A program made the translations under genes and the position numbers. From contig OZ241830.1 in NCBI GenBank assembly GCA_965202585.1, positions 67,766,001-67,830,000 of the forward strand: 64,000 nt of DNA, written 5' to 3'. The notes under the pieces are model-generated. The model was given only the letters and a program-made list of their open reading frames with translations, did no database searches and was not told the DNA's origin. The DNA comes from Thalia democratica (lineage: Eukaryota). Below are positions 37,709-51,757 of the stretch, in pieces. The first letter of the stretch is position 1, and every line of letters starts with the position of its first letter.

Positions 37709-40700
37709 TTTAGGCCTCGTTACTCTGCTGGCCGGCACCCCTTTTAGTTATGACTTTGATGTACGAGTAAGTGTGCTAGTACTTTTAAGTCATAACTCAA
37801 CTCTCACTTAACTCAAAGTTAAGTTATAACAGACTTATTTCACTCTAACGTTGTTTGAAAGATAACAGATATAAATTGCCCATGAGCGACTTGTTTTTAA
37901 TTTATGCTACTTATACATAAACATTTTCTTCTCAAACTGTCCACATAAAGTGAGTGAATTTTACTAATAATTTGCATCAATTCTACGAGCTTTTCTTTTT
38001 CTGCTTCTTTCACATTAAACCCTTTAATTTTTTATATTTACCATAATGTTGCGTCATACTCCGGTATTCTCATTTTTATCAATTTATTAGGTTTTTGCTA
38101 ATATATGCAAGTTATATTTATAAACTACCTTTTAAAGCAAAAAACTTTCTAATAATGGCAGAGTAACATCAATTGTACCAAGCCCTACTAGTTTTTTTTT
38201 TAATGAATGATATTCTTACTCGTCCTTTAGTTAGATCAAAAAAACAAATTATTGTTTACTTGTACTTCACACTTCCGAGGTTACGTTGATCAACCTTTGT
38301 GTATATTTTTCTTTGTAAAATATTCACACAATTTGCTTTAATTTTTCGTTTTTATGTTTTAGTCTGTTGTAGTTACCTTGTTTGTTATTTATTGGTTGTT
38401 TATGCTTGCGAAGTATTACTTTAATTTTTATTTATTAATTATTTTATTCTTTATATTTTTACTTTCTTCTTTAGCCAAGTTTAACATTAGGTCATACATT
38501 TTTATTTTCTGAGTAAGCTACGTGGCGATTCTTTTACGTTGTTTTACAAACTTTATTTTTTCTTCACAAGTGTGGAATTCAAAAGTATTTTATGAATTTT
38601 TTTGTTTAATTGTTCAGATAACCCGTTTAAAGTAGGTAAAAGCCCTAAATTTTAGCTACATCCTATTGGTCGAAGTACTTACTTAAGTACTGCAATAAAG
38701 TTAGTAAAATATATATAAAATATGTATAAAACATGCTTTCTGACTGAAGTACTAACTAATTTGTTTTATAGCTTGCCCTTACTAAAGAACTATACAAACA
38801 CAGTTGTGCTAACATTTATGATACATTACAATGTTAATTTTTTACAGTAAACATGCCTAAAGTAAACTTATGTTTAAAGTGTAATCAGCTAAGTTAAAAT
38901 TTTATAGTTTATACTGGTATTCTCGATTCTACGACTATTCTAAATTTAAAATTAGTGCGTAAAAGGTAAAGCTTAAAATATACTCAAATATGGTCATGTT
39001 ACCGTAGTTTAAATACATTTCTTTTTTTTCGCTTGTAAAATTTTACTTAAAGTCATTTTCATTAGACAAGTATTGGTTTAGAAGTTGACATAACCCAAAA
39101 GTAGAAAATATTATCTTATATTGTTATTAAATTAAGCATATTTTAATGAAAGACTCAAGAATTATCTCCCATGTACGGTAATTTCAGTCAATTTTGACTA
39201 TAATTAAATATCTTTAACAATTGATCTATTTAAAAATAAAAACAGATTGTACAGTAATCTTCCTTTATTGTACCAACATATGTTTCTGTGTGCGAATCAA
39301 CACACTTCAACTGGGTTCTGTAAAAATATAATTACTGTAATAAAAGAATAGAAGCATAGAGTAAAGTAGGTGTATACAAGTTTTCATTAAAATGAAATAT
39401 TTTCTACAGATAATAGTGAATAATAGGTAAAATACTTAATATTAAATCCGACTTAATATATAAAACTATATAATATTTGTGATTATTAAGTCTAAAATAA
39501 GTAAAGTAAACTAAAATATTTAAAAATATAGTTTTCTTTCAAATGAAGTAAATTTTGAATAAATGTTTTAGCCTTCGCTCGACCGGTAGCATGATTTATA
39601 AAGTTAAAACTTGAATTAAAATCGTATATGTCTTATATTTTATGGCTAGTATTGTGTTTTTACTATTTTGTTTGTATATCACGCAGTTTTCTTCATTTAA
39701 GATTTAGTTTATTTAGACGATTAACATGTTTAACTGTTGATTTAAAAAACCTTTTGAATGATATCTCTTGAATTAGTCAAGTTTGATCATAATCTAACGT
39801 TTAAAGCTATTTTGTTTTATTTGTATTTTACTTAAGTTAAAAATGTTAAAATCACGACTTCATTTGATTGATTGTATTCTAAGTTTTTAGCGCTCTCATT
39901 CAGTTTTAATTAAAAAGTAAATTATATTGTACTTGAAACTTATTAGTAGTATTATACTAAGACTGATAGAGATATCCACGCACAACATTTATATATACAA
40001 CAAAGTAAGATGTATTGTAAAACTAACTTTTTCATTTAATTAAATATTTAATATTCTACTCATTACTGATTACGATCAACTGTACCAGGCTTGATCACTT
40101 TGTTATTATTAAACTTAACATTATAGCTTGTTGTTAATCGTACAGTAATTAAGTATTTGAATTTTCAGCATTTGTGTTTATTCTTCTTTCTAAAGTATAC
40201 GTCCTTTAACACAATAAGCTTAATGCTTTTATTTATAACGTTTTGTTTTATTCTTCAGGTTTAATCTGTTGAGTTGCCTTGTTTAATAGGTTGTTTATGC
40301 TGCAAAATACTAAAATATAAATAAATTGCTTTAAAATCTCATTAAAATATAAATTTATTATATTTATGCTTTTACTTTTTCGACAAAATTAAACACTTGA
40401 TCTTTATGTTACTCAATTAAGTTTTTTGATTAAGATCCGTGGCGATTATTTTACGTTTTTTTACAAACATTTTGTTTCTTCACACGTGTGGATTTTGAAA
40501 TCAATTTGAAAGCTTTCTTGGTTAAGTAAATTTTGACCATCTCTACTTATTTTAATGTTACAGGGTCCAGCTTCCTATTGTTTTAAAACTTAAATAGGAT
40601 ACACTGCACTCTTATTAACTCAATATATTTTCTTAGTAATACTAAATTTTTTAGCTGTAGTTAACATCAAACTAAATACATAGTTTGTAAATTTAATTGT

Positions 40701-43700
40701 CTTTAAATAGAAACTGAGCTAAAATTTTCCATATAGTTATATTATTCTCCTTCATAGTAATTCGTACTCAAATTTGGTACTCATTAACACTCTTTAAAAT
40801 ATGTACTGTTTTTCATAAGATTTTGTTAATTTTTTTATTATTTGTTATCATTAGTAAGTATTCTTATTTAGTGAAAAATTGTTATTATTCTCTACTAATA
40901 ATCTTCGAACTACAGTCAGTTATTAGTGTTTTATTATTAGTTATCATCTTGTTGTGCTGGTTTTTATAATTTTTTAACCTTATTTCATTAACAATACTTA
41001 TTTAAAGCTTTGTCAGTTTTTCAGTCTAGTTTCACGGTTCAAATAAGTCTTCTCAGTTTTGTATGCTTTTAATGAGCGTCTGTTTGATTTACTATTCTAA
41101 ATTTATGAAAACTAATTATAAGTCTTCTGCTTGTTTTGCATTTTCATACTTTAAAACAATAAAGACAACTTGTTTTATCTGTGTAGAAATTATAGAGTTT
41201 CTCAAAACTGTTAAGTACGCATTTAAAGTAAGGTATGCTTATGGGCTTTATGTATTTACCCTAAACTTTTAACCCTTTACTTCTTATTTGTTTGGTTTAT
41301 ATGTTAAGTTTAAGGTGTGTTTTTGTTATGGTTTTCAACCAACTTAAATTAATGTAGATATATTGTTAACAATCTTAAAGTTTAAGTTTTATGCCTTGTA
41401 GTAGTTTATTGTAATTGTGAGTGATTTTATCTCGTTTATAGTATTTATGTTTTTTAATTAAAATCTAAAGTACTCCGTATCAACTACTTTTAGTTATGAA
41501 CTTCGTTATTTGTATGATGCTTAACACCAAGTATGTCTCTACGCAAAAAAAACTGTAATTTGATAATTATGTTAAGTTTGAGATGCTTTTAAACTTACTT
41601 TGGTAGCGGTCAAGTATTTTAGTCAATTATTATTATTCAACTTTTAAGTATTTTACCTAAGTCTTTTTTTTATGTTTGCAATTAACCAAATAAGTTATGA
41701 CTTGGAAGTACGAGTAAATGTGCTCAAACTTCCTAAGTGCAACTAAACTTAATTTCCGCTACAAGTTAAGATATAACAGACTAATTTCACTCTAATATTG
41801 TATGAAAGATAACAGATATAATTTACTCATGTGCGACTTGTTTTTAATTTATGCTACTACTACTACATGAATTAATTTCGTCGCATTTTTTTCCATATAA
41901 AATTAAAGAATTTTACAAATCACTTGCATTAATTATGCTTTTTCTTTCTTTTTCTGCTTTTTTCCACATTAAGTTCTTGAATTTTGTTAATAAGCAACAA
42001 AAGACCATGATAAATTTTTATTTTTTTGAGCTTGCAGATTATTACGTCATATTAAGGTAGTTTCCTTTAGATAAACTTACTATTTCTTACTTGTTTTAGA
42101 TAATGTTTAGGTATGAAATGCTTTATTGGCGAAGTATATACATGATACAAACATTAGCAGCACTAATTACATTAAGATTATAAGTAGTAATGGGTAATAT
42201 TTATCTTTGTTAAACTCTTGTATATAAATATTTACGGTTTTCAACTATTAGTTATATTGTTATTTTTAAATTTCAGACTTCATCAACAAATTATACACTT
42301 ATTAATTGTTTAGTATTCCTAATATTACAATTTGGTACACACATTTTTGTTATATTCATGTTATATTACCTTACAAAACTAATACTCGAACTACAAATAA
42401 ATCTGATGATTTTATCATTTATCATCATTTTGTTGTGCTGGTTTTTGTTATTGTATCCAATGTTTTGCATTAAAATATATTCATTTTACTCTAAAATCAA
42501 TGGATAACCTGTCTGTTTAAGTAAAATGTTAATAATTCCTTACTATGATTTTTAAAGTCTAGTTTTATGGTCTTTGTAAAGTTGAATATATATATTTACA
42601 CTATAAAAGTGTTCCTACCCAAATAAGAATAACAAATTGATAAAAATGGTATTTTAACCAACAACAATTATGCCAACTAAACAGTAGTTTTTGTAGTACC
42701 ATTTAAACAAAGTTTTTTTTTGTATGTAAGATAACTGTATTGTCTAAATGGCATAGACTTACTTTCAATTAGCTTGAAAACATTTAGTATCCTCATATTC
42801 ATATGTTTTTGATGCGTGTATATTTTCATCAAACTTTATATCTTATTTTTGCTTGCTTAGCCGTAATACTACTTACATTTTAAAGTAATGAAGACATTTT
42901 TCTACGTATGTTTTTATCGCCGATCTTCTTTTAAAATTTCTGACTATTTCTTACCAAAATAAAATTCTAACTTTCATTAGTTCTTATTTTTATATTTCTG
43001 TAACTATTTACGTTGTAGCATTCATTGTAAACAACACAATTATTTTTGCAAATCTTATGGGGTCGTAACCCATTGGATAAGTTTTAGTTTACAAAACCAC
43101 ATGGTTTAATAAACATGTTTTGCTTATGACTTACCTTAAAAAAACTAAAACTTGATCATTTTTGAGTGATAATTTCGAAGATTATTTTATAACTTTTCTG
43201 CAGTTCCTCTCGAATTGATAGCGTTTGTTTATAAAGTCTAGTTCGTTAATGTAGTTTAATTTTGTTTTTTGTAGTTAAATTCTACTCTCTGTCCAAGTAT
43301 AAATTGAATAAAATAAAGTAAATTTTCAGTTTTTGTCGTTGTTTAGCTTTTACTAGTCTTTCCGATGATTTAAGTTTTGATTTAACAATTTCTGGGATTT
43401 TTAGATTTTCAGTCTCGTTGAATATTGACATCAGTAATTAGTTTGTTGTGCTTTCTAAAAATTTTTGTTCTTAAATTAATTTAAGTTTTTAATACAGTTA
43501 ATTACTGCCATCATATAATGAGCAAATATTTAAAATAAAAGTTTCATATTCACACTGTGGTTTTTAGTATTATAAGCTGGATATTTATTACAAACTGTGC
43601 ATATCTGTAGTAAATAATCCCGATATTATACTCTTAATCAAGTTCAACGATACTATGGAACTAATTCAGAGTGACATTGTTGTTTTATGTTGTTGCTATG

Positions 43701-46700
43701 GGTTTCTTGAATTAATCTTGTTTGTACGTGCTATCGTCGCCTGTTAAAATTCAATGTCTAAAACAATTTTTATTTTGTCTTATTTGCATTAGTTTGTTGC
43801 CTAAAATATAACAAATTTAAATACACTATTTAAGGGATAAATTTGTTAGTCATGTATTTTTATTTTGATACATAAATGACATACTTATTTCTTTAAAAAT
43901 TAATTTTTATTTGTGCAGTTACAAGTTTTGTTCTTACCTTTGTTTTATTTTTGTTTGCATTGAACATTATTTTTATATCTTTCTCAGGTTCTATTGTATG
44001 TTTTTGAAAACTTTATTTCTTGTGTTAACCGTATCTTATTTGTTGTCGAATATACGTTGTAAATTAAGCTTGAGTGTGCATTTTTTTGTGCATCTTAAAG
44101 CCATTTTATAATCTTTTTTGTACCAGTTCATGATTTTAGATACTCTTAAGTTTTAATTTGATAACTTCTGAGATTTTTATGTTTTCAATATCGTTTAATA
44201 TTGAATTCATATCTGTGATAAATCAGTATTTAGTTTGTTGTGCTTTCTAAAGATTTTTGTTCTTAAATTGATTTAAACTATAAGTTTTTAAAACACGTAA
44301 TTACTGCCATCATATAATGAGCAAATATTTAAAATACAAAGTTTCATATTCAAACTGTGGTTTCTAGTATTATAAGCTGGATATTTATTACAAATTATGT
44401 ATATTTGTAGTAAATAATCCTGATATTATACTCTAAATCAAGTTCAACAATACTATGGAACTAATTTTATGTGACATTGTTGTTTTACGTTGTTGCTAAA
44501 GGTTTCTTGAGTTAATCTTATTGGCACGCTGTATCGTCGCCTGTTAGAATTCCATGTCTAAAACAATTTTTATTCTATGTAATTTGCATTAGTTTTTTGC
44601 CTAAAATATAACAAGTTTAAATAAACTATTTAGGGATTTTGTAGCCGTTTAGATTTCACTTTACTTTGCTTTTGCTAAAAAGATTAATTGAATTTCTTTA
44701 ATCAGCTGAGTAACTTATTTTTGTATATATGCTAACAGTTAGTTTTTTACATCTTTCAAAAATACGTAGAATATTTAATAACTCTTTGATTACTGATTGA
44801 GGTTCATATTTAACACGCTCGATATAGTTTTTACAATGTGTTGTGGATATTAGTAACAATTGCCAATGGACCATAACTTTTTATCTTAACTAATGTTTAA
44901 AAACTTGGTCTTAGTTTTATTTTCACTGCTTATAAAATGATTATTTTATCATTAAAATTAATCTTAGATCTTTATTTGAATTCATTTTATGTACCACGTT
45001 CTTATGCAATTTTTTTAACAAATCCAAAAAAGAGAATTTCTTGTAAACTGTGTCCAGTATACAAAATTAGGAAAATATAGAATACTTAGTAGAGTGACGT
45101 AATAATTAGAAATGACATCATGATTGATAGTATACTAGTATTAATAGTATCTAGCTTGTATTAATACTAAAAAAACTTATAAGTTTTCCAACATTTGGAG
45201 AAATACTTGACATATGTATAGCCTGACAACTGTGCTACATTTTACTAAATACGACAGTTAATAAAAACCTCATTTAGATAAAATAAGTACTGTTAAGTAA
45301 GGTTGCCATATTTTTAAAAATTGATTTTGTACTAATTTCGAATACGTTTGGTTTTAGATGATTGAATTCTGGCAACTACGCTTTAAAGCTTCAACTTGAA
45401 AGTTTTGGTTTGTTGCCTATGTTGCCTAAAAATAATAGTCGAGTTGTATATCTATTTATTTTTGTCAAGATAGTTAAAAGTTACTTTTTTTGTTGTTGAA
45501 ACTTTTTTTCGTTTAAACCTTTAGCAAAATTGTACTTATTTCCGATAGGGAGAGCTAGTTCTTACGAATTTTAGAACATTGTGAAACAATGTGAACAGTC
45601 TAACAGCCATTCAGTTTTTAATAACTGCAATTGTACTACACCTGATGAGTTTATAATTCAACAGCTTCTGTTTTTATTGATTATGTTAACCTAATATACT
45701 CCTATTAGTTTTATAAGGTTAAGAGTCACTTATAAGTTTTAAACGATAGTTTTTATGAGTAACTAACTAGTACATTTTTTTTATATTCAAGCTAACTATA
45801 ACTTTAGCTGTTAAACTATGAATTATAGTTAAAAATTTTATTATATCAATAGCTGACTTATACTAACAGTTTTTAAATGATTAAAATATACTTTAAGAGG
45901 CTGACCCTGTTTTCCATTTGTTTTAATTCTTATTTTGAATGAGTATTTAGTTTATATTTGTTCATAATTAAAGTTTTCAATATTATAAGTGTTCAAGTCC
46001 GCACACCGGCACGATTTTTGATAGAGATTAACTGTTTTTTTAAATTGATGTTCTGTGAGCTATTATAAAAATAAGATAATAAACAATAAAACAACTTTGT
46101 TACTATGATAAAGATCATGTAAAGATTGAAATATTGTAAACAATATTGTAGTTTAACAAATGTTATCAAATTCAACTCGTGATCTCGGAGTATATTCAGT
46201 ATATTGATTTGCTTTTTTCTTTTGGGCTTATGTATCAACTGAGCTTGATGTACTCCAGGCTACTTAGGTCTCTAGCTTTATTTGAAACCACCTCTGAAAG
46301 AGATTCGGCAGTTTCGACAGGAGCCAGATTCGCAATAGCTTCGGGCCCATCTTTATCTTTAGTTGCTACCTCTGTCTGCGACCGTGTGCGAGAGGATTTA
46401 AGAGCTAATAGCCTCTTCATTTTACTTATAAGATTAGTTTAAATATAGACTAACAAGTATATATATGCTTCATTATACAACAAAATAAAAGGCACATTAA
46501 GAAGTGTTTACTACTTTCTAAGGCTTCTTGCAGTTCGCGATTCTAGTTGTGCTGTAACAAATGGTTGCTCGTACAGTTTACTGGTTCAGAACGTAGGGAC
46601 TTATAATTCCTCGTTGACACCGGCTGAAGAGCGCGCGAGATGAAAAGATACAATATTGAAATTAAGAAGAGAAAAATAGATGAAATAAATTTATGCCACT

Positions 46701-47662
46701 GAATGTGTGGGCTTATACGTAGAGTTCAATGTTCAAATTGACCCAAACTGGATTTTTTTGCTGGAGGACAGTTTGTCTGCTACAGTATGCGTAAACTTAT
46801 GAGTATTGCACGTTAACAACTCAAATCGACGTTGCTAAAGTAGGTATACAAAATGTGTATAGAACAAGGTATAAAAACTACGAAGTTATGAAGTAAAGTT
46901 TAAAGTAAATGTTTTAAAAAAGCAAATACTTGAATAAGAAGGTTTTGGTGGAGATCATCTAGATTTTTCAAGATGGTAGCTTATGCTCAAAGCTTCAAGA
47001 GAGGTTTTGACGGGGATCAGCTAGATTTCCAAAATGGCGGCTTATGCTCAAAGCGCTAAGTGACGTGAAGCTGCTTTCTTCTTGACATGAAGTCGGTAAA
47101 ACTTGCTATTTCATTCGCTCGGCTGCTTATGTACACCTCGATTAAATAACTGATTCCTCATGATCAAGTTCCACATGATAAATATACTAATCATTATGAA
47201 TATAAAGTTTAATTTACCTCAAGTTAAACAATTTACGAAATACCCCATAATCAAGTATTACAAAATATACTTGAAATTTAAATTAAATTACAAACGAGAT
47301 TCATTCAAATTGCACCAGGCATTATTTTTTTGATAACAGTGTACTAATCATTATGAATATAATGTTTAATTTAGACCTTAAGTTAAACGAATTACGAGAA
47401 GCTCAACAATCAAGTATCACGAAGTATAACTAAAATTCAAATTAAATTACAAACGAGATTCATTCAAATTGCTATGAGCACATTTTTATAATAACGTAAA
47501 TCACGTGAAAGTATTGTGTTAGACAAACAATAGTTTTTTTGTAAGTATATTTGAAATGAAAAGTACAATAACCATTTATAATATAGTTATTTTTAAATTA
47601 CTTTACTTTAAATTTAAATTAAAGTTTTTTGTTAACGTATTATTGAAGATTTATGTTTGAAT

Positions 47663-47726
47663 AAGATTTATTATTTAAGCGCTAACGAGGTTTTTGACCA
47701 AAACATAGTTTGCATGATATAATCTT
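47663..47726 (+). ncRNA. Hammerhead ribozyme copy with inactivating core changes (HHR3)
   Basis: CTAACGA (G5>A at 47684) and CAAAAC (G12>A at 47700), plus one stem I change. Confidence 0.8.
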
Positions 47727-48785
47727 GAAAGAACAAATACATTATTTCTCTTCTAGTAGTTGAGATCTCTTTATTTGTTTTATAAAAATCGAAGCATATA
47801 ATATTATATTAACATTATATACTAGCGTTGAGGATCAATTTAAAATTGATGTGTAATTCAGCAATTATTAAGCTGTTCTGTGAGCGGGAGGTTGTGAGAT
47901 AGAGTCCACTATTCACAGTTTGACCCTTCGTGCAATTTAGACCCGTTCCCAAAATAACTACGTACAACTTGGCTCAAATGTAACTAAAAACATTGAAAAT
48001 AGAAATCAATAGTGTTATTGGTAAATCTTCAGGCACTTTCTCTCGTTTAACTGCACTAGTTTAAAACATACCAGTTAGCTATAAATCTTTTGCACAGCAG
48101 TTTTGTTAAAATTTTCGAAATTCATATAAAACGAACTTAAACTGTCAAAGTAATGGTTTATAAGGTCGATCAAAACATTAAAATCAAATTTGATATTTTT
48201 TAGGTAATAAAATTTTTTAGAGACATATAAAACATTCGTAAAACTTTTGTAAAACATATATTTATTACTTTGAAAATAATTTTAAGCACACGTTTATTAT
48301 TATATTTTTTGATAAAAATTTACTAACCATTATAAATATAAAGTTTAATTTACCTCAAGTTAAACAATTTACAAGATACCCCATTATCAAGTATCACAAA
48401 TAAACTTGAAATTTAAATTAAATTACAAACGAGATTCATTCAAACTCCACCAAGCATTTTTTTTTATTGGTAAAAATATACTAATCATTATAAATCTAAA
48501 GTTTAATTTTGACCTCAAGTTAAATGAATTACGAGAAGCTCGACAATCAAGCATCACAAAAAAAAAACTTGAAATTTAAAATAAAATACAAACAAGATTG
48601 ATTCAAATTGCTTTGAGCACATTTTTATAATAACGTAAAAGTGTTGTGTTAGACAAACAATTGTTTTTTTGTAAGTATATTTGAAATGAAAAGTACAATA
48701 ACCATTTATAATATAGTTATTTTTAAATTAATTTACTCTAAATAAAGTTTTTTTTTAACGTATGATTGAATTATTATGTTTGAAT

Positions 48786-48849
48786 AAGATTTATTATTTA
48801 AGCGCTGACGAGGTTTTTGACCGAAACATAGTTTGCATAATATAATCTT
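48786..48849 (+). ncRNA. Minimal type I hammerhead ribozyme, intact core (HHR4)
   Basis: Identical to HHR1 and HHR2. Predicted cleavage after 48833. Confidence 0.85.
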
Positions 48850-51037
48850 GAAAGAACAAATACAATATTTCTCTCCTAGTAGTTAAGATCTCTTTATTTG
48901 TTTTATAAAAATCGAATCATATAATATTATATTAACATTATATACTAGCGTTGAGGATCAATTTAAAATCGATGTGTAATTCAGCGATTGTTAAGCTGTT
49001 CTGTGAGCGGGAGGTTGTGAGATAGAGTCCACTAGTCACAGTTTGACCCTTCGTGCAATTTAGACCCGTTCCCAAAATAACTACGTTCAACTTGGCTCAA
49101 ATGTAGCTAAAAACATTGGAAACAGAAATCAATAGTGTTATTGGTAAATCTTCAGATACTTTCTCTCGTTTAACTGCACTAGTTTAAAACATACCAGTTA
49201 GCTATAAATCTTTTGCACAGCAGTTTTGTTAAAATGTTCGAAGTACAAATTAAACGAACTTAATCTGTCAAAGTAATTATTTATAAGGTCGATCAAAGCA
49301 TTAATATTAAATTTTGATATTTTTTAGGTAATATGTTTTTATAGAGACATTATAAACTTTCGTAAAATTTTTGTAAAACATACGTTTAATACTTTAAAAT
49401 TAATTTTGAGCACATATTTTAGTATAATCATTTCGGTCTAAAATTTTAACTGTTTTAAGTAGTTATTAAAAGTTTTATTACAGTATATAAGGGTTTAATT
49501 ATTAGTGTTCAATACTACTATATAGTAGAATAATTTTCGAAAAAGTTTTATCTATAATGTATCTCATTTAATTTGTCTGGAATAATATTAAATGTAATTT
49601 TAACGACAAGATGTGTTTAACTATCAACTTACAACTAAGAACAAATCTCGAGAATAAATTAATAACCTTTTACAAACCGCCTATTTTATAAGCTAAAACT
49701 CGTTACTCAAACATTTTTTTATTGCTAAAAGCTATCAAATTAAGTTTTAATTTGACTAATCAACTAACTAAAGTATTTGGTTATAGAATACAGATAAATA
49801 AGTGCTACGTTTAAGTACCTCTCTATAACATAAGTGTAATTTTTTTAGTTTAATACCAATAGCTAATTCTACAAATTATTTTCGAAATTTCACAAGTGCA
49901 AATATCTAAAGTTTTAGAGATACAAAATATTTATTAGTTACGATTTAATTTTTGTACTTGTTTAAAAAAAAGTTATTAGTTACTACTTTTGTATAGCTGA
50001 AAAAATGTACTTTGCACAAATAATTTAGTTTTACAAATTTTTAGCTTAATTTTTTTTTCTCTTCTTGAAATTATTCAAAAACGTTTTGAAATTAGTTTTA
50101 AGTTTAACATTTTAAAAAAATAATATTTTAAGTTAAGAAACTATGGATCCGCTTGCGACTTGGAACTGTTTTTTTTAAACCGATAACCTTTAGTTATCTC
50201 TTTGCTGCATTTTAAATTTTTATAAAATTCACATCTAACTAACTTTTTGGTAAGGACTCAATACATCAGAAGATTTTTTATAATTATTTATTAGCTATAA
50301 AATACTAAGCCAATAATAAAAAGCTTTTTTTTAAATCAAATGTTTACATTGTTATTAACTTTTCAGATCAAAACATATTTTTTATATGCTCATCTATGTT
50401 AATACCATGGAGAACTGTTCACAAAACACTAAGCTGTCTTTCGTATTTTTATTTAAAAATTTACTGTTTTCTTTCAAAGTCAAAATGAAAATTGTACTTC
50501 TAAAATTGATTTATCTGCAGATTAAAATAGTCTTTTAGTTTTACAGAAAAAAGGAAATTATCTGGAAAACGTTTTGTAACTAAAATGCTGCCAATAATAA
50601 TTAGTAGTATATTTACTATTTGCATACTTAAAAAATGACAGTTAGAAAAACATTCAAAAAATTAACTTAAAAACTTATAGTTAAATGCGGCTGTAGTTTT
50701 TAAGTTTAAGACAGAACAGGTAAAACTAGTATCATATTGAAATTTTTACTATTCTTAAATTTAGTATGCAGCTTTATTACTGTTTATTTTCGTATTCGTC
50801 TTTTTTTTTTCGACAGACTGACAACGGACGATTCATAGTAAAGAAGATCGATGGTTTGAATAATTAAGATGAGTTCATTGCAAATGAAAACATACCAAGA
50901 TATTTGATTGCACTCGAAAGAGTAGAGAAAAGTAAAAATATCTAATTTTATTTGCTTGCTTAAATAATACAAGTTTTTTTTAAATTGCGTTACTTAAAAA
51001 TTTCTAACTGACTAACAACGGACCGAGTTTTAACCGA

Positions 51038-51757
51038 GTGGTTTGTTTGAAAGGAGAAATTTATGCAATAGCAGCAGGTAACTACATGTTTAAGGAAGAC
51101 AAAACTACCATTGAAAAATACATTGCGAAAACGAATACTTGGGAGAAAGTTTCACAAATAGACGACAACGGAGGACGAAGTTCATTTTGCTGCTGCGCTT
51201 TCATGAACGAAATATATTTACTAGGCGGCTGTTACCGATGGTACGTGACCGACTCCTGCTTGAAGTTTGATGCAACAAGCCGCGCTTGGAAGGGAGTCAC
51301 GGAGATGAGCGAAGCGCGCCAGCATGCGGCGTGCGCCGTTTTCCAAGGAAGAATCGTGGTTTGCGGCGGGGAAGATGAAGAAGATGAAAATTACTCGGAA
51401 ACGGTTAAGTCGTATGACGTCATCACCGACACTTGGTCGCCGATGCCCAGCATGATGGAAAGCAAAAGCAGGCACAGCGCAGTTGCGGTAAGAAACAAGT
51501 ATTACGTCATCTGCGAACACGATTTTTGCGAGGTCTTTGACAGCGTTTGTAACAAGTTTGTTGCCTTAAAAGAACCGAATCTAAAATCTAGACGAATGAG
51601 TAGAGCTGTTTCATTTGGCAGTAAAATTTTTGTGTTTCGTTTTACTGAACCTAGTTTGGTTGTTTATGATGTTGATAAAGACGAGTGGTCGGAGGAACTG
51701 TGTGAAATTACCAAAAATGTTCAATGTTTTTCCTGTACAGTTGTACCATTTTGTTAA
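51038..51757 (+). CDS. Kelch-repeat ORF K3, 5'-truncated at the same junction as K1
   Basis: About 97% amino-acid identity to K1; frame open. Confidence 0.85.
   Translation: MVCLKGEIYAIAAGNYMFKEDKTTIEKYIAKTNTWEKVSQIDDNGGRSSFCCCAFMNEIYLLGGCYRWYVTDSCLKFDATSRAWKGVTEMSEARQHAACAVFQGRIVVCGGEDEEDENYSETVKSYDVITDTWSPMPSMMESKSRHSAVAVRNKYYVICEHDFCEVFDSVCNKFVALKEPNLKSRRMSRAVSFGSKIFVFRFTEPSLVVYDVDKDEWSEELCEITKNVQCFSCTVVPFC

Larger units (their letters stand above)
47180..49419 (+). repeat. Higher-order hammerhead/RTE/157-bp array, copy 2
   Basis: Two subunits plus spacer, then two subunits plus spacer; period 1123 bp. Confidence 0.9.

Noticed and set aside
37630-37740. HDV-like ribozyme (GGCCGG start)
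   Set aside because: The sequence is explained by a simple hairpin; I could not build the nested double pseudoknot.
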